From Chiloscyllium plagiosum (Eukaryota): a stretch of DNA of 64,000 nt. Position 1 is the first letter of the stretch, and the number at the start of each line of letters is the position of its first letter. Below, in pieces: positions 1 to 12,107 of the stretch. The stretch spans positions 83,864,924 through 83,928,923 of the forward strand of contig NC_057718.1 of NCBI RefSeq assembly GCF_004010195.1. The letters run 5' to 3'. Both the position numbers and the translations under genes were made by a program. A model generated the notes under the pieces. The model had not been told where the DNA came from and did no database searches. It saw only the letters and a program-made list of their open reading frames with translations.

Positions 1-219
1 CCCTCACCTTAACCTCCTTCCACCTATCGCATTTCTCCCAAGTCCCTCCTCCCTACCTTTTATCTTAGCCTGTTTGGCACACTTTCCTCATTCCTGAAGA
101 AGGGCTCATGCCCGAAACATCGATTCTCCTGCTCCTTGGATGCTGCCTGACCTGCTGCGCTTTTCCAGCAACACATTTTCAGCTCTGATCTCCAGCATCT
201 GCAGTCCTCACTTTCTCCT
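1..219 (+). mobile_element. Penelope-like element 3' end / pseudo-LTR (family A)
   Basis: Near-identical to 49850-50039 and to the pLTR pieces at 12938-13148 and 39969-40406. Contains the hammerhead-like core CTGAAGA-gggc tcat gccc-GAAA (94-117). Confidence 0.8.
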
Positions 220-223
220 GAAA

Positions 224-2230
224 GACATTTCATGGTCCCTTTAAATCCTCCTAAATCCTTGTTTGAGTTTTTTTCTGCCAGCTTTGTATTCTTCAAGCGC
301 TCTGTCTGTCTTTGGTTTCCTGAACCTTACATATGCCTCCCCAATCTTTTCAACTAATATCGCAATTTTTCTTGTCATCCAAGTTTCTTGAATCTTACTA
401 TTTTCATCCTACATTTTCAGAAAAACCCACTAGTTCTGAAGTCTAATCAACTGGCCTTTAAAAGGTTCCCACATACCAGATGTGGGTTTGCCCTCAAACA
501 AACCCTGTCTGCATTTCCCTAAACCTTGCCCATTATTGTAAAATGTTGCCCCCCCCGCTCCCCCCACCCCCAGTTGAGTGCTTTCACCTAAGCACTACCT
601 TTATCTTTATACCTAAGTAACTTAAAACGCAAGGAGTTCTAGTCACTTTCTCCGAATGCTCTCCCAGTGAAACTTTGGTCACCAATAGCGCGTTCAGTAT
701 AGTGCTTTCTCCAGTTGGACTAGTTGTTGTAAGAAACCATGATGGATGCAAGTAACAAGTTCTCCCCTATCCCAAGTGAGTCCTAGTCAATGAAAGTTAA
801 TCACTTAGCACAACAAGCCTTCAGTTTTCACATTTTTTCATAATCTATCGACATATTATGGAATCCCTACAGTGTGGAAGCAAACTATTTGGTCCATTGA
901 GTCCATCCCGATCCTGTGAAGAGTATCCCACCGAGTCACATCCTCCTACGCTATCCTTATAACTCTGCATTTCCCATGGCTAATCCACCTAGCCTACATC
1001 CTCTATCACTCACTGGCTGCTGGGGTGGGTGGTGGTGGGGGGGTCTGCAGTAAAAGTGCTTGAACAGTTACTATTTCTGAACTCTATCCATATGGCCTCA
1101 CTGGATGAGCCTCCAAGGTGTCCTCCCTCCGAGTTGTGATATTCTGTCTAATCAGTAACACAACTCCCACGTCCCTCTTCATCATGCCTGAAACTTGTAA
1201 ATCTCAGAATGTTATGTTGCCAGTCTTGTCCCCCTCTCAACCAAGTCTTTGTCATAGCTAGACCATCATGTATTAATCCAAGCTTTACTTTTATCTGCCT
1301 TCTATGTCATACTCTTTGCATTAAAGCGGACTGATCGTCCCAATATGTTCAGTAATTTCCCTCTGTCAGTTCTTTCTCTTAGTCTAACTGGCCTGAATCT
1401 TCTACTCCTCCTTTGCTTGCTGGCCTTGCAGCCCCTTATCTCCAAGTGATACTAGCAAACCTCCATGCAAGGGTATTGGTGCATCTCTAGTTTCGATGCA
1501 ACCTGTCTTTGTTGTATAGGTCCCATGTGCCCTAGAAGACATTCCAATGATCCGTATACCTGAAGTCCCCCAACTCCTGCACCTGCTCTTTCGCCACTTA
1601 CTTAACTGTACTATCTTCTGTTCCTGTACTCACTGGCATGTGGCTCAGGAAATGATCCTGAGATTCCAACTCTAGAGGACCTGCTGTTCAACTACCGAAC
1701 TACCCCCTTGAACTCCCTTTGCAGAACTTCATCTCTCTCTCTGCCTGTGTTGTTGATAGCAATATTGATCACCACCTTTGGCTACTTACCCTCCCCCTTC
1801 AGAATATCCTGTGCCAAGTTCGAGACATCCTTGTCCCTGGCACCAGGGAGGCAACACAAGAATCTGGTGTCTTGCTTGCAGCCACAGAAACGCTTGTGCT
1901 CCTGACAGTAGAATCCACTATCACTCACTGCTCACGTACACTTCAAGATTCTCTGCTATACAAGAGCGCCAGTCATGGTGCCACTGGTCTGGCTGCTGCT
2001 GTTACTGCTTTCCCTTGAGAGGCCATCCCCCTTAGCATCCAAAATGATGTATCTACTTAAGAGGGGAATGACCATGGGCCACTCTTGTACTGCCTGCCCA
2101 TGCTTTCTCTTGTTTCTGGTGGTCATGGGTCCATGGTCACTCTCTTCTGCTTGTGTAGTCTTACTGGTGATATGACCTGCTTTCTCGATGTTGTATACAT
2201 GACATTTTCAGCCTCCGGGACGTTCCATGT
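224..2230 (-). mobile_element. Decayed CR1 LINE, 5' half (ORF1 SGNH-esterase region plus ORF2 endonuclease remnants)
   Basis: Minus-strand translation gives CCLPGAR (~1833-1857) and LDHW..F.G.WDLY.KD.LH.N..TN.LA.RF (~1455-1552), typical of the CR1 ORF1 esterase. Many stops and frameshifts. Interrupted by a SINE at ~857-998. Confidence 0.65.
857..998 (-). mobile_element. HE1/V-SINE 3' fragment
   Basis: gaatccctacagtgtggaagca...catggctaatccacctagcctac matches the reverse complement of the HE1 tail seen at 28258-28485. Confidence 0.65.
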
Positions 2231-2259
2231 CCTTGTACAAAACTTTGGTCACAGGCAAG

Positions 2260-3445
2260 GTCCCAAATCCCAGGGGAATAGCCCATGTTCTTCCTTTCTT
2301 TAAGAAGGGCAGCAGGGATAATCTGGGAAATTACAGGCTGTTGAACTTTTCATGAGTGGTAGCGAAATTATTGGAGAAGATTCGTCAAGATAGGATTTAC
2401 TCACATTTGGTAAAATATGGACTTATTTACAATATACAGTATGGCTTTGTGCGAGGAAGGTCATGTCTCTGAAACATGATGTGAATTTTCTAACGTGACA
2501 GATGATTAAGAGCAGCACAGGAGATGTTATCAATATGGACTTTAGCAAAGCCTTTGACATGGTCTCTTATGTCAGGCTGCTACAAAAGATGAAGTTGCAT
2601 GGGATCCTTGCTGGGCTGTTAAGGTGGATGCAGATCTACCTTGTCATAGAAGATGGAGTAGAGATGGAAGGGTGTTTTTGTGACTGGATGTCTGATGATC
2701 CAAAGGGGTCAGTCCGAGGTGATATATTTTGGTATATCTAATGTCAGAGGGAAGTATACAGTATCTAGCAGAATATTGTCTAGCATAATAGACAGAGGGA
2801 TCAAGACATACAGGTTCACAGTTCACTAAGTGGCAATGCAAGTGGATAACGTGGTCAAGAAGGCATATTGCATGCCTCCCTTCTTTAGTCGGGACATAAA
2901 GTATAAAACATGTCATGTTGCAGCTGTATCCAACTTTAGTTTACTTCCTTTTGGAATGCACTGTACGCTTCTGGTCACAACGCTACCAGAATGATGTGGA
3001 GGCTTTGGAGAGGGGACAAATGGTTTACCAGGACATTGCCTAATTTGGAGGTTATTGGCTGTGAAGTGAAATTGGATAAACTTGGTTTGTTTTCACTTGA
3101 AGGATGAGGGGGGTGACCTGATAGAAATTTCTCAGAGGCAAGGACGGAATGGATAGGTGAAGTCTTTTTCCCAGGATAGATGAGGAGGCATAAGTTTCAG
3201 GTAAAAGTGGATAAGTTTAAAGGAGATGTACACAGAGGGTGGTCAGTGCCTGGAATGCATTGCCAGAGGAGGTGATGGAGATGAATACAAAATAATGTTG
3301 GCAGATTTGTAACTTAACAGCTATATGAATAGCTGGAATAGAAGGAAATGGACCAGGTAGAGGCAGCAGACTTCGTTTTGAAAGGCATCATGTGTCTGCA
3401 CAGTCTTAGTAGGTTGAATGGCTTATTTCTGTATTGGACTGTTCT
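2260..3445 (+). mobile_element. Decayed CR1 LINE RT and 3' tail
   Basis: ORF 2502-2741 reads GDVINMDFSKAFDMVSYVRLLQKMKLHGI (CR1 RT DFSKAFD motif). The CR1-type tail ends at ggcttatttctgtattg. Confidence 0.8.
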
Positions 3446-4069
3446 TAAGGACAAAGAAAAAATGTCCTTTCGTTGACATCTTTTACATAATGAGGGAAAA
3501 AATGTCCAGAGACCACAGTCCCTCAAACATAATTCTGTAAAAGTTATAAGCCTTCATCATAATTCATCAGTTGAGGGATGATCCACCACAATTAAGAAAG
3601 CCCATTTGGCACAAGTGTCCAGTTATTCTGGGCAAGACTTTGTGGAGCTGGTGAGGCTAGGGTATGCTTTTATTGTACATTGTACTTGGGTTAATGCTAA
3701 GTGGCCTGTCCTATTTGAGGACAATGCAATTGAGGTGTTATGCATAATTTTCAGCTTCAAATTATTGGAATCATATTAAGTCACTCGAAAATAGACTTGA
3801 GGAATAGGAACAGGAGTTGGTAATTTTGTTCTTGAGTCAGGACTTCCATTCAACAAGAAGGTGGCTGGTTTAATTGTGGCCTTGACTCCAATCTCATGCT
3901 TGACCCTGTAACATTTGATTTCTTCATAGATAAAACCCATCTAATTCAGTTTGCCTTAAGGGGTGAGAACACACTCTAGATTGACAAATGTTGGTGAAAT
4001 TTAAAAAAGAAACAAATCTTGAAAAAATGTTATAGGAAGACATCTTCTTTACAGAGTGATTTGACATTG

Positions 4070-5500
4070 ATATGGAAACTGTTCCTCATTTTTGTTTCTG
4101 GGAACAGACACAGAGATAGGAGGTCTAAGTTAAGGTACTTAAGACATAGAGCAGGGTGAGGCTTCCTTTTAATGATATGATAATGCAGGGAACTAGGGCT
4201 AAAAATTACAGAGGCGCTGGCCATAGTCTTCCAAACCTCCTCGAATGTAGGGATGGTGCCAGAGGACCAAAGAATTACAGATGTTCAAGAAAACATGTAA
4301 GGCTAAACTGAACAACTTGGTCAGTTTAACTTCATGGTTGAGAAATAATAAGCAGGGATGACATTCATGAGTTGCTTGGGTAAATGTGGATCAATTGAGC
4401 AAAGTTAGCACAGATTTGTTAAGGCTGATTGGGTTTTAACCAACTTGCTTGAGTTCTCTGCAATATTTGAAAAGGTAGATGAGGGTAATGATTGATATAT
4501 ATATATACATACATATGACTTTCAGGCAATTTTTGATAAAGTGTCTTGTAATACTTGTGATATTAGAGCTCTTGGAATAAAAGAGACAGTAGCAGCATTG
4601 AGACAAAATTGGTTGAGTGATAGGAAACAGATGGTTGGCTCTCATAGTAGAGTAATATATGCAGTGTAACTTCCCAGGGATCAATGTTCGAACAATGCTT
4701 TTCTCGACATATATTCAAGACTTGGACTTTGTACAGTATATGATTTAAAAATTTTTGAATGATTCAAAGTCTGAAGGTATTCTCAAGTGTCTGGAAGATA
4801 ATGATTAAATATTAAGAAGTTGCTGAAATAGTGGCTAAGTGGCCAATGATATTTAATGCAGATAAGTGTGCAGTGTTTGAGATTTGGTTTCACTTGGACC
4901 AATGAGGAGAGGTAAGGGTGCAGAAGCAGAGGAATCTGTGGACATGTGCACAAAATGTTGAAAGTGATAAGGCAAGTTGGAAAAGTGGTGATTGAAGCAT
5001 AAATCCAAGGATCCCGTTAGTAGTGGTCACGAATAAAACAGTAAAGAATTTATGCTAAACTTGTACAAAACATTTGGCTGGTCTTGAATTAATGTGCCCA
5101 GTTCTGGTTGCCACACTTTAGGAACAATGTGAAGGCATTTAGAAAGGGTGCAGCAAAGCATCAAAAGAATAGTTCTTGATATGAAATAGTTCAGTTATAT
5201 GGTTATGTTGGAGAAGCAGATCTGTTCTCCTTGGTTCAGAGGAGACTTAATAGAAGTGCTAAATATCATGGGAACCCAGAGTGGGGATAGGGAGAACTTG
5301 TTTCTGTTGGTGCAGTGATTAATAAGCAAAATATGCAGGCTTAAGAACATGGGCAGCAGAAGAAATGATATCATGAAAATGCAGCCCATCGTTAGAATGC
5401 ACTCCTGAGAGTGTACTGGAAGCATTTCCACTCGTGGCTTTGAAAAGGCAATAGTTAATCAGTTGTGCAATTTCACTTGCATGTATGAGAAAGTAGGAGC
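4070..5500 (+). mobile_element. Old, highly decayed CR1 LINE ORF2
   Basis: Degenerate CR1 motifs: EIAEALAIVFQ..L..G.VPED, Y.DFQ..FDKV, and C.QFW.PHFR..V.ALE.VQ near 5095-5155. Confidence 0.65.
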
Positions 5501-5543
5501 CCAGGTGAGTTGTTGTCTCTCAGAGACTGCATGTAGATTTTGA

Positions 5544-5832
5544 TTAGATTAGATTCCCGACGGTGGAAACAGGCCCTTCGGCCCAACAAGTCCACACCGA
5601 CCCTCCGAAGAGTAACCCACCCCCCCTCTGACTAATGCATCTAACACTATGGGCAATCTAGCATGGCCAATTCACCTAACCTGCATATCTTTGGATTGTG
5701 GGAGGAAACCGGAACACCTGGAGGAAACCTATGCAGACACTGGGAGAATGTGCAAATGCCACACAGACAGTCTTCCAAGGCTGGAATTGAACCAGGGACC
5801 GTGGCGGTGTGAGGCATCAGTGCTAACCACTG
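5544..5832 (-). mobile_element. HE1 (V-SINE superfamily) tRNA-derived SINE
   Basis: Reverse complement has a tRNA head (cagtggttagcact...ggttcaattcc), the V-domain gggtttcctccaggtgttccggtttcctcccaca, and a CR1-like tail gggccgaagggcctgtttccac ending in (aatct)n. Confidence 0.85.
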
Positions 5833-6334
5833 GTAGGGCTGAAATGTGAATAGTGTGAAGACCATATCAATATTGTGAAATAGCATAGATATATACTAAG
5901 CTGCTTATTTGGTGCATAAACACATTGAAAGGAATCTGCTGAACCAAATAGCCATTTTCTATCTTGAAATTGTAGACTACTTGCATGTTACTGTTTGCTG
6001 TCTTTGGATTCAAAATGGAAAATATAACCGAGGAACTTCTCAACTTCTGCAGTTAGATATGTTAATTCGGCTTATTTTTTTTTAAAAGATTTGCTTTATT
6101 TTGCCAAGTAAAGTATTGGTGTTAACATTTAAAAATAATTTGTTAAATATGTCCAAACTTGGTAAGTTTAATACACTAACTCATGCTAGTATTTAGAATT
6201 TATTAAATGAACTACTTCTATGTTTAAATACTGTTTCAGAGAGATGATTTGGAGATCCTGGTGTTGGATTGGGGTGCACAAAGTTAAAAATCACACAACA
6301 CCAGGTTATAGTCCAACAGGTTTAATTGGAAGCA

Positions 6335-6369
6335 CACTAGCTTTCGGAGCGTCACTCCTTCATCAGGTG
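6335..6369 (-). ncRNA. Minimal type I hammerhead ribozyme motif (PLE-associated), core intact
   Basis: Minus strand reads cac CTGATGA a ggag tgacg ctcc GAAA g c TA gtg: stem I cac/gtg, CUGAUGA, stem II ggag/ctcc, GAAA, palindromic agct stem III and a CUA cleavage triplet. Confidence 0.7.
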
Positions 6370-6744
6370 ATAGTGGAGGACTCAATCCTAAAACACAATT
6401 TATAGCAAAAATTTACAGTGTGAAGTAACTGAAATTATACATTGGAAAAATACCTTGATTGCCTGTTGAGTCTTTCATCTGTTTGAATACCATGATAGTT
6501 TCACTTCTTTCATGAAAATCACAAAACCTTTTTTTAAAAAGTTACAATCTCAGGTTAGCTGTAACAATGGGTGATAGCTCGACAATATATTGAAGGTGTT
6601 AACCCCCTGTGTTCTCTGTCTATGTCATGCTGTCTAGATTGATTCTAATCTAAAAAGTGAGATAACGGAGTTTTACATAAATTCTTGTAGTTTTTGAGCA
6701 AAGTCCAATGTAACTCTGCAATTACAAATTCACCCCAGAAAATA

Positions 6745-7030
6745 TATGTGTGTGTGTGTGTGTGTGTGTCTGTCTGTCTGTCTGTCTGGGTTGTGAGTTT
6801 ATGTGTGTGTGGTGAGTGTAGAGTGTCTTAAGTCTGTGAGAGGGTGCATGTGTGAGTGTGGGAGTGTGTGTGCGTGTCTGGGGTGGGGGATTGAGTGTCT
6901 GAGAGAGAGAGTTTATGTATGTGTGCATGAGTGTAGAGTGGTCTAAGTTTCTGAGAGGATGTCTGTGTGGGTGTGTGTGGGTGTCTGTGTACATGTGTAT
7001 GTGTGTGTATAGGAGTGTGGGTGTGTATAG
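6745..7030. repeat. (GT)n/(GTCT)n-rich microsatellite tract within the PLE 3' region
   Basis: Direct reading of the sequence. Confidence 0.9.
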
Positions 7031-7480
7031 TGCAATGGTGGTCACCTGTAAGGTGACATGAACCTAAGGTCCCAGTTGAGGCCCTCCCTATGGGTACCGA
7101 ACTTAGCTATCTTTTGGCCACCTTTTGCTGCTGCCTGTCCCGAAGTCTGCCTTGGAGGATGGTCACCCGAAGGTCCGAGGTCGAATGTCCAGGATCACTG
7201 AAGTGTTCCCCAACTGGGAGGGAACGTTCCTGTCTGTTGATTGTTGTGCGGTGCCCATTCATCCATTGTTGTAGCCTTTGCTCAGTTTCCCCAATGTACC
7301 ATGCCTCAGGGCATCCTTGCCTGCAACGTATTAGATAGACAACATTGGCTGAGTCACATGAGTACCTGCCATGTACAAGGTTGGAGGTGTCCCCTCGTGT
7401 AATGGTGGTATCTATGTCCACACTCTGACACGTCTTGCAGCGCCTACCGTGACAGGGTTGTATGGAGTTGTCCTGAGAGC

Positions 7481-8199
7481 CGGTCAGGTAAAAACAATGA
7501 CTGCAGATGCTGGAAACCACCACCAGGGATATATTTCCCTCCCCACCCCTTTCCGCCTTCCACAAAGACCGTTCCCTCCGTGACTACCTGGGCAAGTCCA
7601 CGCCCCCCTACAACCCACCCTCCCGTCCTGGCACCTTCCCCTGTCACCGCAGGAACTGTAAAACCTGCGCCCACACCTCTTCCCTCACATCTATCCAAGG
7701 CCCTAAAGGAGCCTTCCACATCCATCAAAGTTTTACCTTCACATCCACTAATACCTGCCACTGCAGGAACTGTAAAACCTGCGCACACACCTCCTTCCTC
7801 ACCTCTATCCAAGGCCCTAAAGGAGCCTTCCACATACATCAACGTTTTACTTGCACATCCATAATATCATTTATTGTATCCGTTGCTACCGATGCAGTCT
7901 CCTCTACATTGGGGAGACTGGGCACATCCTAGCAGAGCGCTTTAGGGAACATCTCCGGGACACCCGCACCAATCAACCACACCACCCCGCGGCCCAACAT
8001 TTCAACTCCCGCTCCCACTCTGCAGAGGACATGGAGGTCCTGGGTCTCATTCACCACCGCTCCCTCATCACCAGATGCCTGGAGGAAGAATGCCTCATCT
8101 TTCGCCTCAGAACACTTCAACCCCAGGGCATCAATGTGGACTTCAACAGTTTTCTCATTTCATGTCAATTTCGCTGCTCCTTGGATGCTGCCTGAACTG
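7481..8199 (+). mobile_element. Nested Penelope-like element (family A-type) GIY-YIG fragment
   Basis: ORFs 7507-7932 and 7851-8195 read FPSPPLSAFHKDRSLRD, CHRRNCKTC and NIIYCIRC..C.LLYIGETGH.L.ERFREH. Flanked by duplicated ctgagagc (7473-7480 and 8200-8207). Confidence 0.85.
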
Positions 8200-8815
8200 C
8201 TGAGAGCTGGGCAGCTTGCTATGAACTATGATTTGTTTTGAGGTTTGGCCGTTGTTTAAAGGCATGTAGTGGAGATGTGGGGAAGGTCTTGGCGAGGTGC
8301 TCATCCTCATTGATAATGTGTTGCAGGTCACGAAGAACATGGCGTAATTTTTCGGTTCCTGGGAAGTACTGAACAATGAAGGGTACTCTGTCAGTTGCAG
8401 CACGTGTCTGTCTCCTGAGGAGGTCATTACAGTTCCTTGCTGTGGCACGTCGGAACTGGCGGTCGATGAGTTGGGCATCGTACCCTGTTCTTGTGAGGGC
8501 ATCCCTGAGTACTTCAGGTGCCGGTCACGTTCCTCCTCATCTGAGCAGATCCAGTGTACATGTAGGGCTTGTCCATAGGGGATGGCTGTTTTAATATGTT
8601 TTGGGTGGAAGCTGGAGAAGCGTAGCATTGTGAGGTTTTCTGTGGGTTTGCGGTAGAGTGTGGTGCTGAGGTGTCCACCTCAAAACCAATCACAACATTG
8701 TCATCAAACCAGCAGATAAAGGAGGAGCACCACACTCTACTGATCAAAACATGAACTTCTGGAGTTAATTTTGAAAATGTTGTATAGCTTTTAAAGCATA
8801 TTTGTGTTAATTATC

Positions 8816-9620
8816 AGAGTCATAGAGATGTACAGCACAGAAACAGACCCTTTGGTCCAACTGGTCCATGCCGACCAGATATCCCAACCCAACCTAGTCC
8901 ATATCCCTCCAAACCATTCCTATTCATATACCCATCCAGATGCCTTTTAAATGTTGCAATTGTACCAGCGTCCACCACTTCCTCTGGCAGCTCATTCCAT
9001 ACACGTACCACCCTCTGTGTGAAAAAGTTGCCCCTTAGGTCTCTTTTATATCTTTTCCCCCTCACCCTTAACCTGTGCCCTCTAGTTCTGGACTCGCCCA
9101 CTCAGGGAAAATACTTTGTCTATTTATCCTATTCATGCTCCTCATAATTTTATAAACCTCTATAAGTTCACCCTTCAGCCTCTGGTGCTCCAGGGAAAAC
9201 AGCCCCAGCCTATTCAACCTCTCCCGATAGCTCAAATCCTACAACCGGCAACATCCTTGTAAATCTTGTCTGAACCCTTTCAAGCTTCACAACATCCTTC
9301 CAATAGGAGGAGACACCAGAATTGCACGCAATATTCCAACAGTGGCCTAACCAGTATCCTGTATAGCCGCAACATGTCCTCCCAACCCCTGTACTGAATA
9401 CTCTGACTGAAGGAAAGCATACCAAATGCTGCCTTCACTACGCTATCTACCTGCGACTCCACTTTCAAGGAGCTATGAACCTGCACTCCAAGGTCACTTT
9501 GTTCAGCAACACTCCCTCGGACCTTACCATTAAGTGTATAAGTCCTGCTAAGATCTGCTTTCCCAAAATGCAGCACCTCACATTTATCTAAATTAAACTC
9601 CATTTGCCACTTCTCAGACA
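8816..9620 (-). mobile_element. CR1 LINE 3' portion (relatively young)
   Basis: ORFs 9280-9621(-) KWQMEFNLDKCEVLHFG...LYRILVRPLLEYCVQFW and 8820-9101(-) RTRGH...DLRGNFFTQRVVRVWNELP. The 3' tail ends in (ctctatga) repeats. Confidence 0.9.
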
Positions 9621-9621
9621 A

Positions 9622-9781
9622 AATCTTTTACCTGGGGTGGGGGAGTCCAGAACTAGAGGGCATAGATTTAGGGTGAGAGGGAATTAATTTAAAAGGGACC
9701 AAAGGGACAAGTTTTTCATGCAGACAGTAGTATGTGTATGGAATGAACTGGCAGAGGAAGTGGTGGAGGTTGGTACAATTT
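9622..9781 (+). mobile_element. CR1 3' fragment; its tail resumes at ~11536-11630 after a Rex1 insertion
   Basis: gagtccagaactagagggcatag...tggaatgaactggcagaggaagtgg, with the tail gtttctgtgctgtacatctcttatgactct at ~11595-11625. Confidence 0.7.
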
Positions 9782-11530
9782 CTACTGTAAACAACTGATA
9801 AAGTAAAAACGAGACAACATTCCCCCTGGGCCAAGGGTGCTACATGGACAGCACAAACTACACAATTGTACACTGCATAAAGTGCATAAGATGTCTAAAA
9901 CATGCAAGTTATAGTGTAATAGAAGAATTACAAATAATAGACATTTTTCTGGCAGCAATTCAAAGTCATGCAAAGAATTTCGGATGGAAAAGAGTCTGAT
10001 TGTACTGTGTTAAGGAGCCTGATGGCTTGGGGGGGGTGGGGAGAAGAAACAGTTGCACAGTCTGGCCATGAGGGACATATGCTCCGTTATCTTGTGCCAG
10101 ATAGCAGGAGGGAGAAGAATTTGTTTGAGGGGTGTTTGTGTTCTTCCACAATGCTCTTAGCCCTTTGGATGCAGCATGAGGTGTCAATGTCTGATGGAGG
10201 GAATAGAGACCCCACTGATCTTCTCAGCTGTCCTTAATATCCGTTGTAGGGTCTTGGGACCTGAGACGGTTCAATTCCCGAACCAAGCAGTGAGGCAGCA
10301 GCTCAGGGTACTTTCAATGAACCCTGTGTAGAATGTGGTGAGGATGCGGGGTGAAGTGGGCTTTCCACAACCTGCATAGAATGAGGAGATGCTGCTGTGC
10401 TTTCTTGACTATGCAGCTGATGTGGAGGGTCCAAGTGAGATTGTCCACCAGGTGTACACTAAGAAATTTGGTGCTTTTCACGATTTCCCCGGGGAGCTGT
10501 CAATGTTCAGCGGAGAGTGATCGCTCTGTTCCATCCTGAAATCAACAACCATCTTTTGCAACTTGTCCATGTTCAGAGATAGGTTGTTGGCTCTGCACCA
10601 ATCCAGTAGACACTGCACCTCCTGTCTGTATGCGACTCATCGTTCATGCTGATGAGACCCACTGCAGTTGTATCATCAGCGAACTTGGTGATGTGATTCA
10701 ACCTGTGCATCACTGCACAGTCGTGTGTCAGCAGGGTGAACAGCAGTGCGCTGAGCACACAGCCTTGGGGTGCCTCCATGCTCAATGATGGTGTTGATGA
10801 TGCTGTACCCAATCCGGACTGACTGAGGTCTGCCAGTCAGGAAGTCTGAGATCCAGTTACAATGGGAGCTTATTAGGCCCAGCAGACTCAGCTTTCCAAT
10901 CAGGTGCTGAGGAATGACAGTGTTAAATACAGAACTGAAGTCTATGAACAGTAGTTTGATGCAGGTGTCCTTCTTCAGGTGGGTGAGGGCCAGATGAAGG
11001 GTGGTGGAAATAGCATAATCTGTTGAGTGGTTTGGTCAATAGATGAACTGCAGGGTGTCCAGGGAAGAGGGCAGCAGGGCCTTATAATGCCTCATCACGA
11101 GCCTCTCGAAGCACTTCATGATGGGTGTTAGCGCAACAGGAGGGTAGTCGTTGAGACAGAATGTTGAAGACTTCCTTGTCACTGGGTTGGAACTATGGTG
11201 CAGCTCAGGGAGATGTTTAATGTATCCGTGAGAACATCTGCCAGTGAGTCAGAGCATCCTCTGACCACTCTGCCAGGGATGTTATCTGGTCCAGCAGCCT
11301 TACATGGATTGACCCTGCATAGGGTTTTTCTCACGTTGGCCGTGGTAAGACACAGCGCCTGGTTATTGGGTGGGATGGACTTCCTTGTTGCCATGTCATT
11401 TTGTGTCTCAAACCGTGCTTAAAAGTTGTTCAGCTCATCTAGGAGGGAGGCATCACCAGCAGGCGATGCTGTTTTGTGCTGGGTCATGCTCTGGATGCCC
11501 TTCCACATGCTGCTCATATTGCCGTTGGTT
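9782..11530 (-). mobile_element. Rex1/Babar-type LINE, RT region and 3' UTR, decayed
   Basis: ORFs 11179-11394(-) [16 protein letters not shown]...LADVLTD.LNISL and 10573-10812(-) [19 protein letters not shown]...[15 protein letters not shown], characteristic of Rex1 RT. Confidence 0.85.
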
Positions 11531-11781
11531 AGGAGCTCTGGTTGGAAGGACTGAATTCAGTTATGATATCTGGTCGACCCAGATGATTTGGACCGTTTCT
11601 GTGCTGTACATCTCTTATGACTCTGTGACTGTATTTACTTCATTTTGTAATGTAGTTGAAATGCTTATATTGACAGCGCAGTAAGAATATTATGATGTTA
11701 TCAGCCTTAATAAAGTAATATGAATTTTTTTTAAGAAGGAAGTTAGTTGAATATTTCCTCATTGCATCTTGTGTTCCTCCA

Positions 11782-12001
11782 TAGATGTTCTTTCACTGGA
11801 CACAAATCTCCCCTTATCTCCCAAGGCAATGGATAAGTAAATCTTAATTTAGCTTTCAGGTGCCCCGTCACTTACATAGCAATGTTCCTCCACACAGGAT
11901 CATTGTTATGTAAATAGTGGGGCACCTGAAAGCTAAATTAAGATCTACATTCATTGCCTTTGGGGATGAGTAGTGGTTTGTGTCTGGTGAAAAAACATTT
12001 A
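11782..12001. repeat. Long inverted repeat / hairpin (MITE-like or structured RNA)
   Basis: Arms 11782-11889 and 11896-12001 with a 6-nt loop (ccacac). Perfect 26-bp core atcttaatttagctttcaggtgcccc (11841-11866) pairs with ggggcacctgaaagctaaattaagat (11919-11944). Confidence 0.9.
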
Positions 12002-12107
12002 GTTTCTTAGCTACTTGCAAAGGATAGATACTTTGTTTAATTATGTATTGTAAAATATACTTTATTTCTAAAATAATGTCTCCTTCTTTCAGATTCTTTC
12101 AGGGTAG

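Larger units (their letters stand above)
6240..8680 (-). mobile_element. Penelope-like element (family B) with RT C-terminus and GIY-YIG endonuclease; split by a nested PLE at 7481-8199
   Basis: ORF 7107-7565(-) PCHGRRCKTC...YSCDSANVVYLIRC..C..AWYIGETEQRL...NGHR is a PLE GIY-YIG domain. ORF 8155-8628(-) SSFHPKHIKTAIPYGQAL..ICS is the PLE RT thumb. Includes a GT-rich 3' tract and a terminal hammerhead. Confidence 0.85.

Noticed and set aside
6722..7045. His/Thr-rich 107-aa ORF
   Set aside because: Translation of a GT/CA microsatellite.
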